Source: Vicinamibacterales bacterium (GTDB taxonomy: Bacteria; Acidobacteriota; Vicinamibacteria; Vicinamibacterales; UBA8438). From it: a DNA stretch of 64,000 nucleotides. Below, in pieces: positions 28,705 to 37,628 of the stretch. The stretch lies in the NCBI GenBank assembly GCA_958296065.1, contig CATQHX010000006.1:23531-87530 (forward strand), given 5' to 3'. How positions within the stretch are numbered: position 1 is the first letter of the stretch; each line of letters begins with the position of its first letter. Position numbers and translations under genes: made by a program. The notes below the pieces were generated by a model. The model saw nothing but the letters and a program-made list of their open reading frames with translations. It searched no databases and was not told where the DNA came from.

Positions 28705-29871
28705 ATGTGGCCGCAGGACGACGAGCACGACGCACTCTTGATTGACCGGGCCGCGGCGGCAGCAGTGCCCTCCGACGGTGCCATTGGTGAGTGGGCCCGC
28801 GGCAGGCGAGTGTTCATCTCAAGCGTGATGGCTGGGCTCGGCGAAGAGCGGGCGGCCGCAGCCGAAGCGGCCGTAGCGTCGGGTGCTCGGCCGATAATGT
28901 TCGAGAACTTCGGCGGACGTGATGCGGACCCATTGAACGCCTACCTGGGAGAGGTCGAGACCAGCGAGATCTACGTCGGCATTCTCGGCCAGCGCTACGG
29001 CAGACCTCTGCCCACTCGCTTCTCTGCGACCCACACGGAGTTCCGGCACGCTGAGCAGCAAGGACTGCGGGTAGCAGTTTGGGCGCTGGACACTCAAGAG
29101 CGCGAGGGCCCACAGCAAGCATTCCTGGATGAGGTCCGCGTGTTTCACGTCGTTCCCTCCTTCCACTCCCCCGCAGATCTGCGCGGCCAAATGAGCGCGC
29201 GCCTTCGCGACATCGCGGCCGAGGATCTCGCCCCGTGGACGAAGCTGGGCTTCATCGTGTTCCGAGCCAGCGAGGTCACACATGCCGGGGCGGAGATTGC
29301 CGTGACGGCGCGCGTGCACAGCGACGACGTGGCACACGCTCTCGAGGCCATGGCCTCCAATAATTTCAGTACCGGAGAACATCTGTTTACGTGGGCCGGC
29401 CGCTGCCGGACGGTTCGAGTGGCCGACGTCCAGAGCACCACGACCTCGGCACGTTCCACGTCGGTCCGCCTGCAGTTGGACGTCCTCGAGGAACAGCGCA
29501 ACCCCTTGTACGAGGTCACGGTAAACGGGTACACACCGGATGATCTGACCGATGCGGCGCTTCGCGTCGCGTTGTATGGCGAGCCCCACCCACTGGCCGG
29601 AGAAGACATGGGATTCATGGCCGAGATGCAGGATCCCCTTCAGCCTCTACGCGATGCCCAAGTACCGGACGAGATCGTACGATCTCTGGCCGAACTGATG
29701 CTCGTCGACCAGTTGGTCGGCTCGGGCCGGGCTGCAAGAGTGACGCACTTTCGGCTCGGCACCTCGGTGGGAGGCCGGCGCAGGCTGCAACTAACCTGGG
29801 AACCGCCGCAGAGGTACGTGAACGAACGGAATAGATCAAGACACTCGGTAGACGGACAGGTTCGACTGTAG
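28705..29871 (+). CDS. DUF4062 (TIR-like) domain protein with an unassigned ~250-aa C-terminal region
   Basis: RRVFISSVMAGLGEERAAAAEAAVASGARPIMFENFGG...EIYVGILGQRYG matches the DUF4062 consensus pattern (vFISS..DL.eER...i...g..p..fE.f..........D.yvgi.G.rYG). Confidence 0.65.
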   Translation: MWPQDDEHDALLIDRAAAAAVPSDGAIGEWARGRRVFISSVMAGLGEERAAAAEAAVASGARPIMFENFGGRDADPLNAYLGEVETSEIYVGILGQRYGRPLPTRFSATHTEFRHAEQQGLRVAVWALDTQEREGPQQAFLDEVRVFHVVPSFHSPADLRGQMSARLRDIAAEDLAPWTKLGFIVFRASEVTHAGAEIAVTARVHSDDVAHALEAMASNNFSTGEHLFTWAGRCRTVRVADVQSTTTSARSTSVRLQLDVLEEQRNPLYEVTVNGYTPDDLTDAALRVALYGEPHPLAGEDMGFMAEMQDPLQPLRDAQVPDEIVRSLAELMLVDQLVGSGRAARVTHFRLGTSVGGRRRLQLTWEPPQRYVNERNRSRHSVDGQVRL

Positions 29872-30013
29872 ATAGCGAACCGGCTCGGGTCTCAGAGGAC
29901 GGTGCCCTCCGACGATTCCGCCTCAGGTCCACGGACTGCAACGAAGTCCACGAGCAGCTTCCTTCCTTGGCCCCGCGCCAGTGCGGCAAACGAGATACAT
30001 CGCCGGTCCGCCA

Positions 30014-30769
30014 TCAACTACGCCCGTAGAGCGTAGAGTGACGTGTTGTCCGCAATGGGCGCCGCGGCAGGGGCTCATGGCTCGGGTAGCGGAGATGCCC
30101 CCAAGTCTCTGAGCCCGGATCCTCTCCAATATCCGCTTTCATAATTTTCAACATCACCGGTACAATTTTCTCCATAACCCGGCTTCCGGACCTCAACTGT
30201 CTACCTCCCACCCCATTCCGGACGGTAACCCCTCCGTGAACGATTTGATTGCGCAAGACACACAACCGCTCAAAGACTCCACGAAGCGCATCAAGGAAGA
30301 CCCAAGAGCCCGAAGTTACGGCACTCTTCACTTTTTCATTCTGGTTCTCGAATATTTCCCGCTTTTCGAAACGCCTTTTCTTGCCTCTCACGCAGTCCCA
30401 ATAACCTTCATATATGAATTCGTTGTTCATTACGTCATCAACGGTCTTCGCCCATTCTTTGTCCAAGAAAACCTTTCGGAGCCACTTGGTAGATTTTTTC
30501 TGCTTACAGATATTCTTAAAGAACTTCTCTCGCTGTTCTTTCTCAGTGAGGCCTTGACCGCCCTCATCCGACACTCCCCTCGCCACATAACCATACGCGG
30601 CGTTAAGCGCAATCCAGAGACACAGAAATCTCTCAATGTCAGAGCGTGCTCTCTTACCCTTTCTCAGCCAACTGGTTGCACGACGTACCCGGTCCTCATT
30701 CTCGGTTATTATCGACCACTTTTTGGGCAGCTTTCTTTTCACCAGCACACCTCGCATTCTGTTACGCAT
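30014..30769 (-). CDS. HEPN-like protein (Rx4H), low-GC gene
   Basis: The helical protein carries LCVLRNQIVHGG (R-x4-H). Lys/Glu/Phe-rich. Local GC is about 45% versus about 67% in the flanks (e.g. 30361-30420). Confidence 0.6.
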   Translation of the reverse strand: MRNRMRGVLVKRKLPKKWSIITENEDRVRRATSWLRKGKRARSDIERFLCLWIALNAAYGYVARGVSDEGGQGLTEKEQREKFFKNICKQKKSTKWLRKVFLDKEWAKTVDDVMNNEFIYEGYWDCVRGKKRRFEKREIFENQNEKVKSAVTSGSWVFLDALRGVFERLCVLRNQIVHGGVTVRNGVGGRQLRSGSRVMEKIVPVMLKIMKADIGEDPGSETWGHLRYPSHEPLPRRPLRTTRHSTLYGRS

Positions 30770-30865
30770 ACATCTTGCGACTCGCTGAACCCGGCTTGCT
30801 CCAACGATCGGTTACTCTCTCCGCTTGGCTCCACCCGACGAAGTCCCCGCGCGCATTCACCCCGG

Positions 30866-32310
30866 GGGAATGTCCCGGAGGCTGTTGAACTTGAGGTGAA
30901 GCGGGTGGCGACTCCTCGCCCCTGTTCTGTGGTAGGACAGGGGTGCATTCAAGAAGGAGGAGAGCCACCCATGGCGAAGCATGACAGGCGGAAGAAGTCC
31001 GGCCAACCCCCCAGCTCGCAACCCGTCACGATTCAGGTGCCGCTGCCGGTGCTCGGCGTGATCAACGGTGTCCGGGAAGCGTTCCATAGCTTGTGCATCG
31101 CGACCGGTCTGCAGGTCCTGGAGGCGATGATGGAGGCGGATCGGGAAGCCCTGTGTGGCGCGAAGGGGCGCCACCAGGTCGAGCGGCCCGCGTGGCGCGG
31201 CGGGAGTGTCGACAGCCAGGTGACGCTCGGCGGCCGGCAGGTCGAGGTGCCGCGGCTGCGTGTGCGCAGCGCCGAGGGTGAAGTCCCGCTGGCGAGCTTC
31301 CAGTGGGCGGCATCGACGGACCCGCTGGACGAGCACACGCTGGCCGCGGTCGCCGCTGGGGTGTCGACGCGGCGTTACGCGGGCACGTTGGACCCGGTAC
31401 CGGCCGAGGTGAACGAGCGGGCGACGTCGAGCAGCGCGGTGTCGCGGCGGTTCGTGGCGCTGTCGACCAAGCGCCTGCATGCGTTTCTCTCCCGTGCGTT
31501 GGGCGAGCTGGATCTGCGAGTGGTCTGCATCGACGGCAAGGTGTTCCGGGACCATTGCATGGTGATCGCGTTGGGCTTCGACACCCAGGGCCGGAAACAC
31601 GTGCTGGGCCTGCGCGAAGGCGCCACCGAGACGGCTGCCGTCACGACCGGTCTGCTCAGCGACCTGGTGACGCGCGGACTGCCGACCGACCGGACGTTGC
31701 TGTTCGTCGTCGATGGTGCGGCGGGGCTGCGCCGGGCCATCACCGACGTGTTCGGTTCTCGGGGCGTGGTGCAACGTTGCCAAGTGCACAAGTGCAGGAA
31801 CGTGCTCGGCCATCTGCCCGAGCGGCTGCACGCGTCTGTCCGCAAGGCGTTGCGGGATGCGTGGGATCTCGATTCGGCGGACCGCGCGACGCGGGTGCTG
31901 AAGCGGCTGGCCGGGTCTCTGGAACGCGACCATCCCGGCGCCGCAGCGTCCATCCGGGAGGGTCTCGAGGAGACGCTGACCGTGCAGCGCCTCGGCCTGA
32001 CGGGGGCGTTGCAGCGTACGCTGCGCACGACGAACATCATCGAGAACCTCAACGGCAGCGTCGAGCGCTACACACGCAACGTCAAGCGGTGGCGTGGCGG
32101 TCAGATGATTCAACGCTGGGTGGCGAGCGCGCTGGTGGAGGCGGAACCGCGCTTCCGGCGGGTCCGGGGCTACCGCGACCTGCAGTACCTGGTGGGCGCC
32201 CTCGACGCGCTGGCCCCGCCCGACGACGTAGTTGCTGAAGTGGCGTAACATTGGCGGAGGAAACAGGGAGTCTGCCACTCGCAAAGTTCAACAGCGAACG
32301 GGACAACCCC
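30866..32310 (+). mobile_element. IS256-family insertion sequence, about 1445 bp, intact
   Basis: Left end gggaatgtcccggaggctgttgaactt versus the reverse complement of the right end ggggttgtcccgttcgctgttgaactt (shared GTCCCG...GCTGTTGAACTT). Flanked by the 8-bp direct repeat caccccgg (30858-30865 and 32311-32318). Confidence 0.8.
30971..32248 (+). CDS. IS256-family (Mutator-like) transposase
   Basis: MAKHDRRKK...VCIDGKVFRDHCMVIALGFDTQGRKHVLGL...LFVVDGAAGLRRAI...QRCQVHKCRNV...RTTNIIENLN is a typical IS256 DDE layout. The upstream part of ORF 30236..32248 is antisense to the HEPN gene and was excluded. Confidence 0.85.
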   Translation: MAKHDRRKKSGQPPSSQPVTIQVPLPVLGVINGVREAFHSLCIATGLQVLEAMMEADREALCGAKGRHQVERPAWRGGSVDSQVTLGGRQVEVPRLRVRSAEGEVPLASFQWAASTDPLDEHTLAAVAAGVSTRRYAGTLDPVPAEVNERATSSSAVSRRFVALSTKRLHAFLSRALGELDLRVVCIDGKVFRDHCMVIALGFDTQGRKHVLGLREGATETAAVTTGLLSDLVTRGLPTDRTLLFVVDGAAGLRRAITDVFGSRGVVQRCQVHKCRNVLGHLPERLHASVRKALRDAWDLDSADRATRVLKRLAGSLERDHPGAAASIREGLEETLTVQRLGLTGALQRTLRTTNIIENLNGSVERYTRNVKRWRGGQMIQRWVASALVEAEPRFRRVRGYRDLQYLVGALDALAPPDDVVAEVA

Positions 32311-32380
32311 CACCCCGGAGTCGGAGAGAACCCGGCCGGCCGCCGAACGAGCGTCCGATAGCCCCATCCTGACCGAACGA

Positions 32381-35300
32381 TCAGTCCAGCGAGTGCAGCC
32401 TGACGGGCGAGGGCCGTTGCTTTCCCTCGCAGAAGTAGAGCGCCCTGAACCGATCCATTTGCTTGATCTTGTCGATCAGACTGCGTTCCTGCCGCGCCGT
32501 AGAGACATTGCGGACGAGCGCCTTCGCGTCTGTTTCGGTCAGGCGCAGCACCAGGTAGTTGGCGACCGCTGAGAACACCGACGCGTCGAAGTCCCTGGCT
32601 TCCTGGGACGCCAGCACCAGCGAGATGCCGTACTTTCGACACTCCTTTGCCATCGTCGGGATCAACTTCAGCCCGGCTGCTCGGTGGGCCTCATCGAAGA
32701 TCAGCGCATGTGTGATCCCTTCTTGAATGCCTCGCCGAAACATGTCCTTGTAGAGGCCGTAGAACACGAGCGAGGCGAAGGCTCGCTGCAACGCGTCGTT
32801 TTGGGTCGTGTGGATGCGAACGACAGTGGGCCGGTCACTCGTCCATAGACTGTCGCGCGTCTCTCCGAGGTCGAAGAAACCGTAGTCCTCGAGTTCAGTC
32901 AGACGCGCCAGCAACGTACGCAATCCACGGTCCGGCTTCGGTTCGGCGCGCAGAATCTCCACGAAACGACCGAACTCCGGTTCCCGCGCCCCTACCTCCG
33001 ACCCCGTCCATCCCGCTTCGCCGAAGCTCTCCTTGATCGCACGGCGGATGCTCTCGCATTGCAGATCGCCAAGCTCGGGGAAGATCGCACCGAAGATGTC
33101 CCGCAACGACCCGGCCACATCGAGATACGCCCGCGCCGACTCGGGGTTCGTCACCCTCAGCGGATTGAATCCCAGTCCATCGAAGTCGATGAACCGCACG
33201 GACTTGACCAGGTCAACAAGCCGCTCGTCGATGTCCTGGTGATAGGAAAAAATGATCGGGTGGACGCCCGCGGTCACCATCTGCCGGCACAGGTTCAGCA
33301 GGCAGGTCGTCTTTCCCATACCGGGCAGTCCAGCGATGAGCAGATGCGGGTTGCCCTTTATGGTCAAGGGCCACTGCACGTCGCCGCCGGTGAGGCTGTC
33401 CACGCCCAGCGCGATAGCAGGCACTGGCGTCGGGATGTCAGCGGTCGCGTTGCGGTCCGGAACAGTCTCGCCGCCCGTCCGCTTCGTGGGCTCTTCGGGA
33501 TCCGTCGTTCCGGCGCCGGGGGCTCCATTGCTGCCGGACACCTCCCGGTCAACCCTGCCCGGATCTGTCGTCGTCGCGCCGGACTTGCTTCCGTCTGCAC
33601 CCTGCCCTTCTTCGTCAGGGCTCGGTACGGCCCCGACGGAGGCCCGGTCCCCTCCATCCACCGCCGGCGACACGCTACGGGAGGGCCGACTCTCCTCCCA
33701 CCCGTTCTCCCCGGACGCCCCGGTTCCGGGCGGGCTTCCTCCCGCCGCAGGGTCCGGCTGGAAGCGGAAATCGGCATCGGGCAACCGACCGGGACCGAAC
33801 AGGAAGATCCGCGCACCCCATCCCGGGGGCGAAATCTCCAGCGGCTCCAGCCCCGCGTACTCCGGACAGAACACCCAGCCACGGTGGCTGTCCGGCTCGG
33901 GCTGGATGGCATAGTATCCGCCCCGCTCGACCATGCGATCCAGCTCGGCGACGATCTCCCGGTAGCGTTCCGTCGACAACCCATGCCGGTGCGCCTTGTC
34001 CGCGTAGAAGCGCAGCACCCGGGCCAGCTTGGCGCGCCGCACCGCACGGAAAGCGGAGTACACACTCTCGTGGCCGTACCACTCGTGCCAGCGCGAGCGG
34101 AGTGCGACGGTCTGTTCTTGTACCCTGCGCAGCAGGTCCGGCGCGCGGGCCTGGCGCAGATGCCGACGGTGCTTCACTTCGATGAACCGGAAGGCGAGTC
34201 CCCGGCGCGGCGTCGTCGAGACGTGGATCAGGTCCGGACGCGTCAGCCGCTCCTCGCCATCGGCACCGTTGTTCCCTTCGTCCCGTAGCGGAGGCAGCAG
34301 GTCCCGCACGTCGTCCACCGGCACGAGGAAGCCGCGGTCGAGTGGCGCCCAACAGGCGTCGTCTTCCGCCGCCCGTCGGCAGTTGGCGTGCGCGATCGCC
34401 AGCGCTATCAACTCCGAGGTCGGGGCGACGTTGCCGGTGAGACGGATGGCGAGCCGCCCGCTCAGCGACTTGAGGTGCTCCAGGAGGAACTCGGCGTTCC
34501 GTCGCGTGCGGCTGAGTCCCATTCGCACCAGCGCGTTGTCAAGCAGGTCGTGCACCTCATCCAGATTGCTGGTCGACGTGATCAGTTGCAGGCAGCCGAG
34601 GTCCTCGCGCTCCGGCACGCAGTCGATGACGTACGCATCGTAGATGTCGCGGTTGTCTCGCGGCGAGTCGAAGTACTCGATGCCGGCATTGCGGTCGAGG
34701 GTGACCACCCAGTCGCACAGTCGGTGCAGCTCCCGGATGTTGTCGGCCTTCTCGGCCAGGATCGACGTGCGCAACACCGGCGAGCCGTGGCCCGCGTTGT
34801 CAGTCGCCTGCGGCATGGCCCAGGGCCAACGCCATCCCGCGCGCTGCGTCGGCGCGACTTCGCGCATGGCGATATGCCGGGCAACCGCGTCCTCGATCTT
34901 TTCGCCCAAGCGGTCCAGCCGCTCGGTGTGCCCCCGCTCCGACGGGTGTTTCTCCCCGCCGCCGGACCGGGGCACGACGCTGCGCCAGGAAGGGGTCGGT
35001 ACGGCCGCGAAGTTGCGCTCGAAGAACGACAGCAGGCCAAATGCCCGGAACGGGGCGGTCTGTGCTGCATCGGTGTCGATCTCCACCCGGGACTCGAAGG
35101 TGTCGAACGCGACGGCAAGGTGGGCCGCGGTCTTCGGGTTGCCGGACTCTTTGCGCGCCCACCGCAACCGGGGCAGAGCGACGCCGCCCGGCAGGCCGAT
35201 AGATTCCAACATCCACCGGTCGTCGGTCGCCAGAACGCCCGCGCCGCTGCGGCGTTTCTCCCGCGCTTCCGCGATGAACCGCCCGGCGATGCCGCGTTGT

Positions 35301-37627
35301 TCCGGCGATGGATACAGCTCGAGGGAGAAGGCCGGCGGCGGCGCCGCTTCGACGTCCGGGCCTTCGGCCGCCTGGCTATCCGAGTCGTCGTCGGCGCCTC
35401 CGTAATGCCGGTGGACACGGCCCAGCGCGCGGGCGATGGTCAGACCGTCGCCGGCTCGAAGAGCGTGCATCCGCAACAGCCGGGACGACTCGTGGCACTC
35501 GACGTACTTGACGATCTCGTTGCCGAGAACCGCCGCGCTCTGCCCGCCGACGGTTGGCGTGGTCTCCGTCGATTCGCTCTCGCCGAGGGCGCAGGCGAGC
35601 ACCGCCACCGCCGCTTTCGGCTCCCGATCGTCATCGGGCACCATGCCCACCGCGTGGAACCCCAACGTGTCCGCGAAGACGAACGCCCCGCCGGCCGGGT
35701 TGGGAAGGAACGCAGGAAACATCGCGCCGTCCAGCCCCCGCAGCTCATCCTGTACCTGCTTGGGCGCTTGCCCCTCGTCGAAGACGGCGTGGAGGAGCAG
35801 ATTGTCGTAGGCCGCCAGCCAGGCGACACGCAGCGGATGGGCCGGCAGCACGATCAGGCCGGTCGTTCGGCCGGACAGCGACTGCACTTCGACCGTGTTG
35901 CAGATTGCGTGTGAGGGGTCGCCGTCGTCGAGCAGCGCCGTCCACGCGAGCAGGTAATCCTTCACGACATCGAAGGACTTCGACTTGTCGTCGTGGACCT
36001 GGCTGACTCCGCCCCCGCCGGCCCGGAACCGTTCCGCCAGCCGCCGGCTGGCCGCGACGGCACGGACCCACCCCGGTCCGTCACCGCTCTCCGCCGGGAC
36101 GAACTCGACAGCCGCCGCCCTTTCTCCCGACGCCCGGACGCGTAGCCGCCAGCGCCCGAGCGCGCCTTGTCGGCTCGTCCAATCGTTCTCCACGTCGCGG
36201 AGCAACGGCGGGCGGAATACCCGGAAGCTCTTGCGCAACCTAGAATCAGGCGGGCGCATCACGACGAAGCCCCTCGCGTCGGCGGTAACACAGGTCGGGT
36301 TCTCCGCGGCCCCGGCCGCGGTCTCTCTACCCGGGAACTCGATGAGCCCTTCGCTGAACGTGCGGACCTTCCGGCCTGCGCCACCAGCCGTCGTCTCCTG
36401 CGGCTCGCCGAAACGGATGACGATCTCCTCGCTCTGCTGCCGCTCGATCTCATCGCGGCCGACGACGGACACCACCACGCGGGCGGTCAGGAGGGCGTCT
36501 TCGCTCAGCGCCGAGAAGTCGTCGTTGCTGAACCGGCACTTCTCCTGCTGGGTGGCGGAGTGGCGGACGTCGCGCGCGGCCAGTTCTTCATCGAGGTCTG
36601 TCAGCACGGCCACGCGGTAGTCGACGGCGTTCTTCTCCAGATCGTCCGGACGGGCCTTCCACCGAACCTCCAGATTCGAGTACTCCTTCGCGGATTGGGG
36701 GTCGGGTTTGAGGACCAGCTCCGGCACCCCCGCTTCGGGCGGTTCCTTCAGTCCCGACCACGCGGCGATCTTCCCGTTCTTGTTGCGCCAGGACGTGAGT
36801 TCGATGGCCTGGATGTCGTCGCTCGGGTGCATCGGGAGGGCTCCGACCCACAGCCGCCGCTGCTCGGCCAGCGCCTGAAGGGCGTCGCGCAACGGTCGGG
36901 TTGCCGCTTCCACGAGAAAGCGCTCGAGTTCACGGCGCTGCTCGCCGGTCGCCGCGATCCGTAGCGACGCAATGCGGGCGGGGACGGTGAGGCCCGCGGC
37001 GGCGACACCGAGCAGGCGATCGACGAACCGGCGCGACGCGGCCAGTTCCGCACCGACGTCTCGGTCGGCCGACGCCGCGACCGGCCATAGACCGAGCAGG
37101 TGCAGGTACTCGCCGGGGTGACGCTGGTACGCGGCGGCGCGGCAGAGAAAGTCGAACTCGGCCCACGGCGAGACGCTGTCGTGCCGCCCCACGCCCTGCG
37201 CCCGGCGGATCGCGCGTTCGGCGTACGCGCGGTGCGCGCTCGACAACCGGCTCGTCACCTCAGCGCCCGCGAGCCGGCCCGCCTCGGTGAACAGTTCGGC
37301 CTCGCCGACTTCGCGCGCGGCGCTGTAGATGCCGTCCATGCCGGCTCCGGCGCGCCCGGTGTCGACCAACAGCAGCGTCGGTTCGCCCTTGATCTCGCGC
37401 AACTCGACGGCGGTGTCTGCGTCGGTAGTTCTTCCGGCCTCGTCCTCCGTGTCCGCAACCCTCAGCACCTGCCACCCCTCCGGCGTGAAGGTCTCATCGG
37501 CGGCCAGGGCCGCCACCACGTCTGGGGTCAGGCACCGCACGAACGCCATCGCGCCCCGCTCGGGCCGGCCGAGCAGGCGCCCGAACGCACGGCCGAGCAG
37601 GGTCCCGTGCAGCGCCGTCCACTCCAC
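32381..37627 (-). CDS. 1748-aa protein with a C-terminal FtsK/HerA/VirB4-type P-loop ATPase; DptH (DndH)-like by architecture
   Basis: Walker A GLPGMGKT (33308-33331), Walker B-like HALIFDEAHR, GISLVLASQ in the last 330 aa. A ~120-aa Gly/Pro/Ser/Asp low-complexity linker precedes them. No motif was recognised in the N-terminal ~1300 aa. The GTG start lies 1 nt after the upstream stop. Confidence 0.8.
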   Translation of the reverse strand: MEWTALHGTLLGRAFGRLLGRPERGAMAFVRCLTPDVVAALAADETFTPEGWQVLRVADTEDEAGRTTDADTAVELREIKGEPTLLLVDTGRAGAGMDGIYSAAREVGEAELFTEAGRLAGAEVTSRLSSAHRAYAERAIRRAQGVGRHDSVSPWAEFDFLCRAAAYQRHPGEYLHLLGLWPVAASADRDVGAELAASRRFVDRLLGVAAAGLTVPARIASLRIAATGEQRRELERFLVEAATRPLRDALQALAEQRRLWVGALPMHPSDDIQAIELTSWRNKNGKIAAWSGLKEPPEAGVPELVLKPDPQSAKEYSNLEVRWKARPDDLEKNAVDYRVAVLTDLDEELAARDVRHSATQQEKCRFSNDDFSALSEDALLTARVVVSVVGRDEIERQQSEEIVIRFGEPQETTAGGAGRKVRTFSEGLIEFPGRETAAGAAENPTCVTADARGFVVMRPPDSRLRKSFRVFRPPLLRDVENDWTSRQGALGRWRLRVRASGERAAAVEFVPAESGDGPGWVRAVAASRRLAERFRAGGGGVSQVHDDKSKSFDVVKDYLLAWTALLDDGDPSHAICNTVEVQSLSGRTTGLIVLPAHPLRVAWLAAYDNLLLHAVFDEGQAPKQVQDELRGLDGAMFPAFLPNPAGGAFVFADTLGFHAVGMVPDDDREPKAAVAVLACALGESESTETTPTVGGQSAAVLGNEIVKYVECHESSRLLRMHALRAGDGLTIARALGRVHRHYGGADDDSDSQAAEGPDVEAAPPPAFSLELYPSPEQRGIAGRFIAEAREKRRSGAGVLATDDRWMLESIGLPGGVALPRLRWARKESGNPKTAAHLAVAFDTFESRVEIDTDAAQTAPFRAFGLLSFFERNFAAVPTPSWRSVVPRSGGGEKHPSERGHTERLDRLGEKIEDAVARHIAMREVAPTQRAGWRWPWAMPQATDNAGHGSPVLRTSILAEKADNIRELHRLCDWVVTLDRNAGIEYFDSPRDNRDIYDAYVIDCVPEREDLGCLQLITSTSNLDEVHDLLDNALVRMGLSRTRRNAEFLLEHLKSLSGRLAIRLTGNVAPTSELIALAIAHANCRRAAEDDACWAPLDRGFLVPVDDVRDLLPPLRDEGNNGADGEERLTRPDLIHVSTTPRRGLAFRFIEVKHRRHLRQARAPDLLRRVQEQTVALRSRWHEWYGHESVYSAFRAVRRAKLARVLRFYADKAHRHGLSTERYREIVAELDRMVERGGYYAIQPEPDSHRGWVFCPEYAGLEPLEISPPGWGARIFLFGPGRLPDADFRFQPDPAAGGSPPGTGASGENGWEESRPSRSVSPAVDGGDRASVGAVPSPDEEGQGADGSKSGATTTDPGRVDREVSGSNGAPGAGTTDPEEPTKRTGGETVPDRNATADIPTPVPAIALGVDSLTGGDVQWPLTIKGNPHLLIAGLPGMGKTTCLLNLCRQMVTAGVHPIIFSYHQDIDERLVDLVKSVRFIDFDGLGFNPLRVTNPESARAYLDVAGSLRDIFGAIFPELGDLQCESIRRAIKESFGEAGWTGSEVGAREPEFGRFVEILRAEPKPDRGLRTLLARLTELEDYGFFDLGETRDSLWTSDRPTVVRIHTTQNDALQRAFASLVFYGLYKDMFRRGIQEGITHALIFDEAHRAAGLKLIPTMAKECRKYGISLVLASQEARDFDASVFSAVANYLVLRLTETDAKALVRNVSTARQERSLIDKIKQMDRFRALYFCEGKQRPSPVRLHSLD

Positions 37628-37628
37628 G

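Noticed and set aside
13781-30000. A PLD-type nuclease (DrmC) to complete a canonical DISARM locus
   Set aside because: No ORF with an HxK(x)4D-type motif was found in or next to the operon, so the locus is described as DISARM-like lacking DrmC.
30236-30970. N-terminal 245 aa of ORF 30236..32248
   Set aside because: This part is antisense to the low-GC HEPN gene and lies partly outside the IS left end. The IS256 transposase begins at the ATG at 30971, preceded by AGGAGGAG.
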